Assembly (NCBI GenBank): GCA_000320545.1
Contig: ADNK01003097.1
Span: 1 to 52,023, forward strand
Length of the DNA: 52,023 nt
Reading direction: 5' to 3'
Source: Bigelowiella natans CCMP2755
Taxonomy: Eukaryota > Protista > Cercozoa
A program made the position numbers and the translations under genes. Under the pieces are notes generated by a model that worked only from the letters and a program-made list of their open reading frames with translations, had not been told where the DNA came from and ran no database searches. This document shows, piece by piece, positions 39,708 to 51,285 of the stretch (position 1 is its first letter; the number at the start of each line of letters is the position of its first letter).

Positions 39708-41346
39708 TAGTAGTAGTAGCAGAAGTAGTAACAGGTGTCCATAGCAGTACGCAAGTGCAAACAATGAATATTGGTATATCGTCGTTGGTAAGTCCTTCAA
39801 TAATGGGAGAGCTCCTCCTCCTCCTCTTCCTCCTCATCATCATCATCTTTTAATACTACTACAGGGTCCTCACGGCATCTCAGCCAGCTCACGCAACAAA
39901 GGCATAGAAACCACAGGTAACGTATCATTGCAACGTACTCACGTCGTTCACGGCAATTTCGTAAACCTCTCTGCTGATAATGACAAGTAACTTCTAGCAA
40001 TAGTAACAACAACATTGATACTGACAGTTGTTACTTAGGCCTTGTTCCTGGCATGCTCGTTACGAATGAGCCTGGGTAATCGCAGATAATGCCATAATAG
40101 CATGTTGCCTGCTTATAGATCTCCTCGACAATGTCTCACCAACACAAATTGCGCAGCTACTACGACGACGATACTATAGGTCTTCGTAGTAGGGTATTTA
40201 CCAATACGAATGATGTGGGAAATGGCAGTGCTAGTTGTGCTCGTGAGGCGGTGGTTGCTTCGATGGCCACGTGGCTCTTGTGCCGTGAGCAATACTGCTT
40301 TCTATTCAGTGATGTTGTGTTGATTTGCACAATAGCTACTACAAATCTGGTGAATTTGGGATTCGAATCGAGAACATGATGCTGGTCAAAGAGTCGCAGT
40401 CGAGGTAGTGGACTCTACGTAGGAGTGTACTATCAACCATCAAAAGATTAATGTCCTCATCCCTGCCTTCCTCCCTGCTTTCGCAGCAGGAAGGAACATT
40501 TTCCAAGCACAAACGCAGTAGATCATCGAGAATAAATGCATACTAATAGCTGTGTGCCAATCTATTTAGTGTGGACAATGGCAAGAAATTCTTTAGGTGA
40601 CAGCGCAGTGAGCAAGCCGAGCAATATTCTCTCTCTCTTGCTCTCTCTCTCTTTCTCTCTCCCCCTCCTCCCCCCTTGCTCTCTCTCCCCCTCTCTTTCT
40701 CTTTGCATAAACAAATTCAACATTTACCCATTTGGCAAAATCACGCAAAATAAGCTTTATCTCAATACACGCGCAACACGTAGACAGGGCACAGCTAGAC
40801 CATCATTATCAAATATACTCTATAATGCCCCCCTCCCCATCGTCAATATCATCTGCTTTCTACAAAAGAAGGCAGCGGGTCCTCTAATTAGACGTGACTC
40901 ACAGGTTTCAAACGATCTGTTGGGCTCCGTTGCAGAAGCGTATGATAAACACAAAGTTACTTTCTAAACAAGAGGTGATAATATATCACACCCTCCCAAC
41001 AAACACAAACACTACAGCATAACACTAAATATTATGGCAACACAACACAGCCTGATTAAGTAGTTTCCCAGAATTAAAGCCTGCTTCTTCTTTGCATCTA
41101 GGTTGCTTGGATCAATGAATTTCACGCTGAGTGCTACAGAAGGATAGAGCCTCGACTCAGAGATGAGCCTGAGGTTGTACCAATTCTTATAAAGATGATC
41201 AAATGCTGCAGTTGTGTCACCGTTAGCACAATTCTAGGGGCGGGGTTGTGAAGGAGGCGGTAATGATCATGATAATGGTACTGATCGGTTGCATATTGTA
41301 TCAGGTTCTGAAATGGTTTCGTGAGGCAACAAGTCCACTAGATTAG
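34996..41346 (+). CDS. XPNPEP1: Xaa-Pro aminopeptidase P (M24B, XPNPEP1-like), ~25 exons
   Basis: [170 protein letters not shown] stop. Confidence 0.95.
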
Positions 41347-42011
41347 GGTCATTAAACGGAGCATCTGTATATTAGCTTGAACTAGACTAGCTAGCATACC
41401 AACTCGTTTGATTGTGATGATGTAGACCATACTCTTATTATAGCGTTAATTTTTGTCTACTTATCTACTTATCAGGATAATTGTATAATTATTATAATAC
41501 AGCGTGATCATTATGATCGTACTCCGTGCATGTATGCCGACATGCATTTGCATAGCTAGCTAGGCAAACTGCCAATGTCGATGTCTTCTTTCGACGCGCA
41601 CTGCGTGTACAGCGCGAGACTAGCAGAGCGTAGCTCTAGCGATCATACTATTGTTGATAATCCTACTACGTAGTAGATGCTAGCTTGTCGCGTGTGCTAC
41701 TGCTCTAGCTGCTATGCATGATTACAAACACACCCTCTATCTAGCTAGCTCTAGTAGCTAGCTACGGTGTTTGTGTTGGGCTATCAGTTTTGAGGTTTAC
41801 AGAGTATGCTCTAGCTAGCTAGGTTTGGGGTAAAGACGAGACATTTATCAAATCTTCTCAAATCTGTGCATAGCTATCAGCTATCTTCAGGGTTTCTAGC
41901 TTTGTGGGATGCATGCGACTTCTTGTTGAATTGCAAACAAATTGAATTCATTACGACGTGCAGGTTGCGCTCTAACCCATTCGCGCATTGCGGATTGATG
42001 ATACTTCTACA

Positions 42012-43777
42012 TTACAACAATTTCTTTTTCCTATTGCTAGATTTTGATTTTGCCATTGGCTCTCCACAACTCCAACAAAATTTAGCATCTATACGATGCG
42101 GTTCAGCTCCGCATCCGTTACAAATTGAACTTGATGTCATGATATAGGACTCACCGGACTCCTGAGAAACAAACAAATTTCAGTATGATGATTTCAGATA
42201 GCAAAGAACTGCAATAAGTAGGATCGTTGCAGTCACTGTTAGCACGATCTCACGTACGCTTTTCATCTGGCGTTGATCCAGCATAAACGCCTCTGCAAGG
42301 TTTCCTAGTTGCACTGGGATGATAGTAACTCCGAGAATGATTGATAACGACACCACCAACCTCCCCTCAGGAGTTACTGGAGAAATGTCGCCGAAACCCT
42401 AATTCATAAATAGAACAGAAATACTCATCAGGATTTTGCTTGTCGTAGATTTTTATATGTTTGAAACACAACATCCAACACAAGTCATCGTTAGCCATTG
42501 ATACCACTGTCGTGAGGGTTGTAAGGCCGAAATACATCGCCGAGAAAAAATCAGGAATATCAGGATTCCTCCCAGCCTCAGTCAGGTAAATCAGACCCGA
42601 CGATATGATAAAAAGTGTGAATAGGGATAAAACAACACGCGCAACTTGCAACTGGTAAGGACGGATTTGAGTAGGCTTCATCCCAATCACCATCTCGAAT
42701 TCCCTAAATGTTTCAAAGTCAAGAAGAAATCTTTGAAGGCGTAGGATACGAAGAAGTTTCAGAAGAACTAATGGTCCAGCATCGACGCTTTCAGGGACTA
42801 GACCTCCCTCCATTCCAAAGCCAAATCCAAGGTCATAGATGTCATATTCGTCTTGCATCATGATTGCTCTCAATGCTAGAGGCGATATCGATAGGAGGTC
42901 AATAATTGCAAGAGGCTGGAAGAGGTATGTGGGGCTTAAGTTGTTCACATACCACCGAACACCATACTCGATAGCAAAAAATGCACAAATTATGTCCTCG
43001 AGATCGTCGAGTGCTATGGCAGCTTCACCTATCGAACGAGAATGAATCAGCATGTCTCACCGAAATAAGGTCATCAACATTGGAAGGGGGACATACCGAG
43101 CCCTGGGAGGGTTTGAATAGCAACCACAAAGACTGAAGCGATCACAAGTAAGGCCCCGACAAGCTGATCCAACAGAAGACGGTCGTTGTTAGAACAAAGG
43201 GGGTGAAAATGGAGAAGAGACTAACTTCAAGCTTCGGGTTGCTGATCAATTCTTCTAGTGCCATTGAGTACGGCAAACGTCCAACGAGCGGGTTTTGCGC
43301 AACCTAAAAAGGGGATATGAGTGCATATACCAGGAAAGTTTTGTATTGTGTTGATCAGCGTACTCTGCTTTGGAAATCGGGATTTTTAAGCCCTAGCCGA
43401 GAAACCGCATCCCCACCGTCTTCTCCGAACAAAAGTTGAGATCGTTGCACGCTTTTGGTTGGTTTCTTGTAATTCGGGTCTCTTTCCACTATCCCCTTCT
43501 TTTTCATTTTTCGGCTTTGTTTTTCACGGTCGTCCTCCTCTGTTTTGCTTTCGAGATTTTCTGACACCCTTCTAATAAGGGCCGTTCGTTGCCGTACATT
43601 GGAGAAATGGAGGGGTGGCTTCACACTTGTCCTGCGGCATGGAGAAGGCAAAAACCGCACCGAAGGTGCCGCCCATTTGGATCTTTCCAACCTTGAATGC
43701 AGGTGTGCCTCAGGAAGTGCGAAGAACAGGGCTAGGACAGTTGAGAACAAGGAAGGGCACGGTCCTCGGAGCACCAT
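42012..43777 (-). CDS. Six-TM voltage-gated-type potassium channel with bipartite leader and C-terminal Zn-ribbon (cyanobacterial-type architecture), ~6 exons
   Basis: FFAIEYGVRW (S2), IIDLLSI (S3), LLKLLRILRLQRF (S4), FFSAMYFGLTTLTTV/GFGDISPVTPEGR (pore; an intron splits the filter), CNGCGAEPHRIDAKFCWSCG, stop at 42012-42014. Confidence 0.92.
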
Positions 43778-44679
43778 GACGACGACAGCAGCCGATAATT
43801 CTGATGTGCTTGCTACCTCACAATGATAATTGGAAGGACATCTACAAGATGTAGCTTACTAGCGGGGAAATGGGTTAAGAAGAAAAGGAATAAGAAGCTA
43901 GAGATCTCCCATCCCTCTCCACCCCAGAGCAGGCACTAGACAACAAGCTTATCGTGCTCTCGAGCAAAGTTGCTACCCCTTCTTTGTCGCGCTCTTCTAG
44001 GCTAGATTTATTACACTCCTGCTTTAGATGTTTCACCGATAAAAATATTCCCAAAAATGTCCCACCTCTGGACTTCATGGGTTACGTAGCACAGAGCTAG
44101 GTCGTCATTTATCATTTGCGACAACACCTCTTGCATGGTTCACCGGCCTGAATTCTCGTCGTTCATGGAGAATTATGTCTCAGATACATTATGGTAAGCG
44201 ATTTCCATATAAATCAACGTATATCAATTGTCGTAGAATTAAAAAAGATGCCAGAATACCGGGGACACCGGCTGCTACGCGTTTTCTCAGCAACTCGAAA
44301 CCAATTGATGCACAATCTGATATCTGGAACAGCTCTTTAAGTGCTAATATCGCCATATAAATTATTGTCTTAACTGGAGAATGCCCTATATCTTTGATAT
44401 TCGACAGAATGATCACTAATACTTAAATCTCAAAGCTCTACACTGCCAGCTTCAACCGCGCTTAAGCCCTCCCATTCGTGGAACTTGAATTCAAAGGTTG
44501 CCCCCAACCAATCCAAGAAATAATAGGACTTTTAGTTACGTGCATAGCATCTATTAATCTACTGGCTCTCGCTTGATAAAGGGATTTGTATGAGCGATTA
44601 TCTCCACGTTGCCTGTGACGTCGTCTGACTATCGAGCTTTTGTTTTATATGTTGTTGCCTCAATAGACAGTTTTACCCA

Positions 44680-45772
44680 ATGATGAGAAACGCTATCTTC
44701 GCCGCCATTGCCATGGCTGCTGCCGTGCTGACAGTGATGCACATGCAAGGGGAACGCTCGCTGGCGACAGGCGTGACAAGACGTGCTGCATTCAGAGGGT
44801 CTTCCTAGTGTAGCATGAATGCTCTAATTAAGATTCATTTCGGCTATGTTTTTTTTACTCTTACTAATCACACCGATCTCAAGTATCTATATATTTGGGA
44901 AACAGTTACGCAGATCGCACCAGCCATGTCAATCATGCTGCTGACACTCGCTTACACATTAGGGCTACTTTGCCTAGGAATGCAAATTCGGGAGGCATTG
45001 CTCCAAAAGATATTCGCACTGCTTTGAGCTCTTCGAAGAAGATCACTTGCATGGAAACTGGGGTTCATAATTTATAGAAATACGTAAGGGTAAATTCTGA
45101 ATGAACTGTTCTTTGTGCAGACCGGTGCAGCTGTTTGCAACAATGGACTTGTGGTGTTGCGAGGATCCAGGTGACAACTTTTATTATTACCAAGAATTCA
45201 TTTCACGTAACTCGAATAATTCTTCGGTATCAGAACTTCCATCAAAGCCGAAAAGGAAGCTGATTTCGATGCAGATCAAGTGATTGGTGATCTGAAGACC
45301 AAACTTGATGGGATTGAGGATAAGCCAAAGGTAATTCCTCCCTTATTCCGCCCCCTTGCTGAATTAATTGAACTGTGGTGATCTTCTTCAGGCAGCACTG
45401 GTGGTAGCAGGTGCGGTCGCAGCTCTGACGGTTGGAAATGCTGTTGTGACGACGATTGATAACCTCCCATTGCTTCCTGGCCTTATGAAGGTGCAACGAT
45501 GAAACGAAGATAATGGGAAGATTTAATCTTTTGGAGTAGATATTTACCCACATGCTCTAGGCTGACTAACACATCACAACTTTTTAAACAGCTGGTTGGG
45601 ACTACATACTCTCTTTGGTTCGCATATCGCAACCTTCTCTTCGAAACCAGCCGAAAGGAGCTCGGAGAGGACCTTGATGTAATAAAGAGGCAACGAAGTT
45701 TATTATTTTATCAACCAGGATTCCTAAGTCTAACTTAATTTACAGGCTCTATGGAAGAAGATCACTGGTTAA
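44680..45772 (+). CDS. CURT1: CURT1/CAAD-domain thylakoid curvature protein with bipartite leader
   Basis: Leader MMRNAIFAAIAMAAAVLTVM..RRAAFR. Exons DQVIGDLKTKLDGIEDKPK/AALVVAGAVAALTVGNAVVTTIDNLPLLPGLMK/LVGTTYSLWFAYRNLLFETSRKELGEDLD/ALWKKITG stop match the CAAD consensus. Confidence 0.9.
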
Positions 45773-46386
45773 ATTTGAGAAAGAGAAATTTGGTAGCAAA
45801 CATGTGTTTGGAAACAAATGGTTCGATCAAAGGAGCACAATTAGAATCGATTGTGTACGGATATGAAAACATATGTACAATTTGAAACATCGAAGCTGGG
45901 ATTGGTACTTAATTATTGAAGCTTGTAATAAAAGATGAAATTTAATTGGCACTATAGTTGCTATGATGTGTGCGTGCATACGCATCAATCGCAACACGAA
46001 TACCAGCATGTGTGCAGCGCATGCACAGAGTGCTAGGGTGTGCGTGCACATCTGCGCATGTACGCATTCAACATCGGCATTCACTGGGCCAGCCTTTGCA
46101 TTGTGACTTTCATCCGACATTTATTGGATCCCGACATGCATTGCCATCATTGCGCCTGCGCCATGCTAGCATGCACGAATGTGCTGGGCGCGTGCGTGTG
46201 ATCTGAACACATGCGGGCAGGCACTCGACCACGTGATTGACAACGAGCAGGCTAGTAGGCGCAAGCTGTAGCTGACTAGCACATGCGCACATGGTCAAGG
46301 CGAGAAGGCTAGAAGGTAGCAAATCGAAGCGATGCGTGTACAACCACACTTACACGGCAAACCCTGCAAATGTGCACTTGAGCGTG

Positions 46387-47030
46387 CAAGGGTTTCTCAC
46401 TCCCCGGGAATCCCGGCAGGGATGCGCGGACTTTTTAGGTGTGCCTCATTTCGGCGGCAGCCGAAAATTTTTTTAGGATTTGAACTAAAAATGAAGATTT
46501 CCTTGCAAAAAAACGAACTTCATGTGTGAACATCCATGGATTTCTTTGGCCGAAATTGACGTGAAATCTCTGGTAACGCTCGCAACTTTTTTTCACACGA
46601 GTTCATTGGGGCCAACCCCAGCACACCACACCAACCTTCCTTGCCCTCTTTCCCTCATGTCAAATTCAGAGAAGTGTGTGTTGAAGAACGGGAGTCATGT
46701 GAGGGTGCATCATGAACACAACGGGGTCGTAGTTGCACACGACAGTGTGATTTCTCTGCCAAAGTGCGGTTGGGGTCATGTGACGAGGAGGCAATTGCGA
46801 GGAGGCTGGCTAGCTGGACGGGAAGACACATCCTTGGGGAGAACTTGAGGCAACGTTCTCGGTTGCTGAGGACGAATGGCGTCACATCAGGAGAAGCTGC
46901 AAGGAGGATGGTTTGAAGGATGTGTGCCAGTCATGCCTGTGTGCTGACCACACAAGATGCATGTGCAGATCCGCGGAACACACAACCCTCCAGAGCTGGC
47001 ATCGCAGTGTTTGATTGCATGTTCACACAC

Positions 47031-47071
<41 letters not shown>

Positions 47072-47115
47072 CACACACACACACACATGCACACATGCAC
47101 ACATGCACACACACA

Positions 47116-47152
<37 letters not shown>

Positions 47153-47677
47153 GCACACACACGCACACACCATGCACGTGTGCATCGTGGCTTGCCTTTT
47201 CTTCGTTCATCACTCGCTGTTGAATTTGAACACGTCACTTTGAAATTGTGAATCATTTCAGAAGAAATGTGCCAATGTTGACCAGTGAAAAATGAACTGG
47301 CATGAGCCCGCTGCTCCGCGCTGCGTGCACACTGCGCCTCGCTGTTCCTGCCACAAACTGCAAAAAATCATGCCTGCGCGCGCATTTTTGCTCCGGAAAC
47401 GTTCAATTTTGTGTTTTGAGTTGTGAAAATTTGAGAGAAGAAAGATCTTTTTGCACCTGTCACTTTGGCATGGTTTTTGTGGAAGGAGGCGAAGTCAGGG
47501 GCGTTTCCGGAGCACTCAAAGTTTGTGCCCTGCCCATTTTCGATTTTCCAAAAAACAATTTTTTTTGCTTCCCTGAGGGTCCTAGGGCCCTCACATGGTC
47601 CACAGGGGTCATGTGTGAAAGTTTGGAGTGGAATCCGCGCATGCCTGCCGGGATTCCAGGGGAGTGAGAAACCCTTG
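46387..47677. mobile_element. Non-autonomous hAT-type DNA transposon (~1.29 kb) with 44-bp TIRs and 8-bp TSD TGAGCGTG
   Basis: CAAGGGTTTCTCACTCCCCGGGAATCCCGGCAGGGATGCGCGGA at 46387-46430 matches the reverse complement of 47634-47677 at 42/44. The left TSD is 46379-46386. The right TSD is restored (47678-79 plus 48010-15) once the solo LTR and one TGTG copy are removed. Confidence 0.9.
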
Positions 47678-47679
47678 TG

Positions 47680-48005
47680 TGTAGCGCGTACCACTACGCG
47701 GGCACAAGTCACGTGCGACAACAAAGGGGTTGTCGCGGATATAGAATATAGATAACGTAGATATTAATACAGCATAGGCACGTGGGTTCCGGCGGGACTC
47801 ATGGCAGCACACCGGAAGTGTGCTGCCCCACGTGCGGCGGCATTCGCGAAAGCTTCGCGAATGATTACGCAGTGCACGATTTAATAAAAATATAATCTTT
47901 AATAAAAATAAACACAACTCTTCAAAAGGAAGCAAACGTGCCTTTCCCCCCCCCTGCCTACTTGTGCACGTAGCGCCTCGGCCTGTGAACACCTTACGCG
48001 CAACA
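47680..48005 (+). mobile_element. Solo LTR (326 bp, TG...CA) with 4-bp TSD TGTG
   Basis: Starts TGTAG and ends CAACA. TGTG lies at 47676-47679 and 48006-48009. It appears identical to the reverse complement of 51291-51616 and contains two AATAAA motifs. Confidence 0.92.
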
Positions 48006-48211
48006 TGTGAGCGTGCTGCCAACCCGTGCTGAGTGGTTCAACATGTACGCATCGGCAGCCGATTTTAAATTCGAGAGAGTCTCTCGAGTTTTCAGGGATT
48101 TCCACCAATAATTACCGGGGCTCCGGGATTTCCGCCGGTATTGTCCGGTGTTTATTTATTTGAAGTTTAAACTTCGAGCAACTTGCTAGCAATTACCCGA
48201 CTGTGCTTCGA

Positions 48212-48793
48212 ATGAGGCTGCTCTTAGCTGCTAAGCTTTTGCTTATCCTCCCTTTAGGAAGCGCTTCCCGCAACGCGGGAAATTCTTCGCTCAAAAGTGC
48301 TAATACGCCCTATACCGAGTTGGGTGTACTTTCGGATACTTATGGCGAACCGCACATAATTCACATCGGCGCGCAGAATTACAATTGCAAGGTTTGAATC
48401 GTTTGATTCCATCTCAAAAAGAATCTGAGCGCGTAGCATCGTTTGAAATTTGATTCTGTGCAAAGGTGCTAGGTGCCGGGCAATCCGGAATCGTGTACAC
48501 AATTGATAACGATCCGTCTAAAGTCATAAAGCTACCGATAGATGAGGCAAAAGTGGAGGATTTCCAGGACGAAGCAGATGTAATTACACCTGCAGTAGTT
48601 TTATGAGTAAAATAAACCGTTCCAAAATATTTTCTTTTGCAATAACAAATGTCAGGGATCTAAAGAAATTGCCAAACATGGCATCAAGACTGTAGCAACG
48701 TCAGAGAAACTAGACGGAGTCAGGGTTACGTACAATGGGGCCACCCACGATGTCGCTGGAGGTACCAAAAACGCACTCGCATGCACATGTACA

Positions 48794-48847
<54 letters not shown>

Positions 48848-48899
48848 GATATACATCACAGGCTTTAGTTAAAATTTACTGATGTTACATATATGTACA

Positions 48900-48933
<34 letters not shown>

Positions 48934-50102
48934 ATGTGTACACCTATTCATATTAATATTCACAGCTCTCATCAAGAAGAGGGTTCACGGTGCCTACCTC
49001 CAAGACATTATCCAAGTCTTATGCTTATCTGATAATGAGATAAAATTCGATACCTATAAACCGAATAACGCGGGATATGACCCGAAGGATTGTTTGATAA
49101 ACGTGCCTGTGGATAAATTGGTATTCCATTCAAATGTCAATATTCTTTTCCCCCCCCTTTTTAAAATGAAGTCTAATCTAACCAGATATTGAAAAACGAC
49201 GAAAAATATCTGAGGGTGAAGAAAATGCTTGGACCCAAAAATTTGTGGTCGAACATTTTTGGACCTGGAAATCGCAGAACGAAGCTCGCAGCTATGGTAA
49301 GTTGCAATTCGTTTTATTCTTAGGTGTTCTTCCAAACAGACCGATGATAATGTTTTTGAATCCTTTCTTCTCCTCTGCAAGGTTATACCTCAAGTCAAGT
49401 GCATGTGGAAAAAAATTGAGCAAATGGTGAGTTGAAGAACGCAGTTCTTCCAAAAAGCTAGTTTGTTTTGGAAGGAACAACTGGTTCCTAATACATGCAT
49501 GCATCTTGAACAGCAAAAAGTGTGACAAATGAATCTGAATTTTTCCATATGTAGATGAGAGATCAAACTGCAGAGGGATATATTGCTGACGTGAAACCTG
49601 CGAATATGATGTGGGACTTCGATGAAAACGTCTTATATCTCGTCGATTATATGTATTTTAGAAAAGGTAAGCAAGAACATTTTCAGTAGTGTGGAAACGA
49701 TCAACCTCTAGTTCAAACAAGAAACAACACGTTGGAATCGCGAAAGATTGAATGCAGTCATTCTCACATATCGAACATCCAAAGGAAAAATACATGGGGA
49801 CAACGTACACGAACACACGCATGTGCAAACACGGTCACACAATAAAACACATACACACATACCTACCTTCAGGTTCAAGCGACTACAATAACATACTGAA
49901 TCATTATGATCAAATGACCAGAGGAATCACTCAAACTTGGAACTACAATGGAGGGAAATGCCTTGGGGAGCACTGGACAGATACTTCTATACCAACTGTC
50001 TTTAAGGATGTTTTCCCATCCCAACAATGTCACGAACATCATGGCGGCCTCTCTCTTAACCCCAAAAAACACAAAAAGGGCCACAAGCAGCATCATCCGT
50101 GA
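48212..50102 (+). CDS. Divergent protein kinase with N-terminal signal peptide, ~8 exons; last exon apparently mutated
   Basis: MRLLLAAKLLLILPLGSAS. Exons give VLGAGQSGIVY (Gly loop), KVIKLP (Lys), FQDEAD (alphaC Glu), GYIADVKPANMMWD (catalytic loop) and LYLVDY (DFG-equivalent). Confidence 0.8.
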
Positions 50103-50828
50103 TGCAACAAAAACATCGGCGGAAGGGAAAACCTGAAAGTCCCATTGGCGTACGTGGTTTGCAGGCGTCTATGTTCTGCGTGCCACGCGTTTCTCAATCC
50201 TGACTGAAGCCGAAATCACTGAGAGTTCAGCCAGATGATGCAATTTTCTTTCGAATCCGAATCCATCCGGGTCGATGGTAGGTCAAACAAAACGTCTTGC
50301 AATCGAAAGCAATGTGAACTGGCCATGGTTCATCAATGTCATGCACGTGTGCAGTAGCAGTTTCTTCATCATCGTTGTAGACGAGTACTTGGGTGCTGAT
50401 GCGAACGACACGCATGTAGCAGCTCACTGGTGAGAATGAGAAGTGTGCCAGAGCATGCGTCTGGCGCAACAAGACCTAGCCAGCTAGCACGTGCTCCAAT
50501 GCTAGAATGCTGCACGCATGGTAACCATGCATGACATCGGTGCTGCCATGACAAAATTGTTGAACGTGCAGGGCAAAGCTAGAAAGGTGGTGATCGATGC
50601 ATGATCACGATGAGGAGATGCCGCATCATCACACCTTGCTGCCAAGCAAATCACATCGCATGTGAATGCTGTTCAATCAAAGAAAACGCATCGGCTGATT
50701 GTTGCTGCAATGCAACAAACTCTTGAGCACTTGCTAGCTTGGAAAAAAGAAGCATGTGAAAGTGTCACCCAGAACTGAAGAAGTCAAGTTTCACTTGACA
50801 AAGGCCAGGCAAAATTGCCAGATCGACG

Positions 50829-51285
50829 CACACTTTTTGGTCTAGCGCATTGATTTTGGGTCAAATTTTGGATTTGTGCTGATTCGGAATGGGTTCGACG
50901 CGAGATCTTTCACAACTGGACAATTGACAATGTGTCACATCTGTTTTCATCAAAATGCACCACTGAGTGAGTTCTCACGTTCTCACGTTTCAAAAAACAT
51001 CCAAAATGTGCCAGAAACACCTTGTTTTGACACAGCTTTTGCGCTGTGATTGCCATTTTGGCTGCCCAAAGTTTTTCCAAACTTGCGAGCCATTCAGATT
51101 CTGATGTGTTCTGATGCATGAAAAAACAATCGGTGTTGACACTCACTAGCTCATCAAAGCTCTCTGGCTCTGGGCGACGGCTAGACGGTTCCGAATCTGC
51201 AAAATTCGAAAGTTGGACCAAAATTCGCTGCCTAGCTCTGGAGCTCCAGAGCTAGCTAGCTGCACGTGCTGGACCAAAAGGTGTG
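50829..51285. mobile_element. Degenerate MITE-like element (~457 bp) with ~20-bp imperfect TIRs
   Basis: CACACTTTTTGGTCTAGCGC (50829-50848) versus the reverse complement of 51266-51285, CACACCTTTTGGTCCAGCAC (17/20). A subterminal TGGACCAAAA copy lies near 51215. No clear TSD. Confidence 0.55.

Noticed and set aside
46387-47677. CpG-methylation decay or fungal RIP as the cause of TG/CA richness
   Set aside because: CpG is plentiful and TpA is the missing dinucleotide. RIP would raise TpA.
46387-47677. Tc1/mariner element with a mutated TA target site
   Set aside because: A full 8-bp TSD is recovered after removing the LTR, which fits hAT.
47609-48022. 137-aa ORF and its near-identical twin at 51283-51663
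   Set aside because: Both are antisense translations of the LTR with no protein features.
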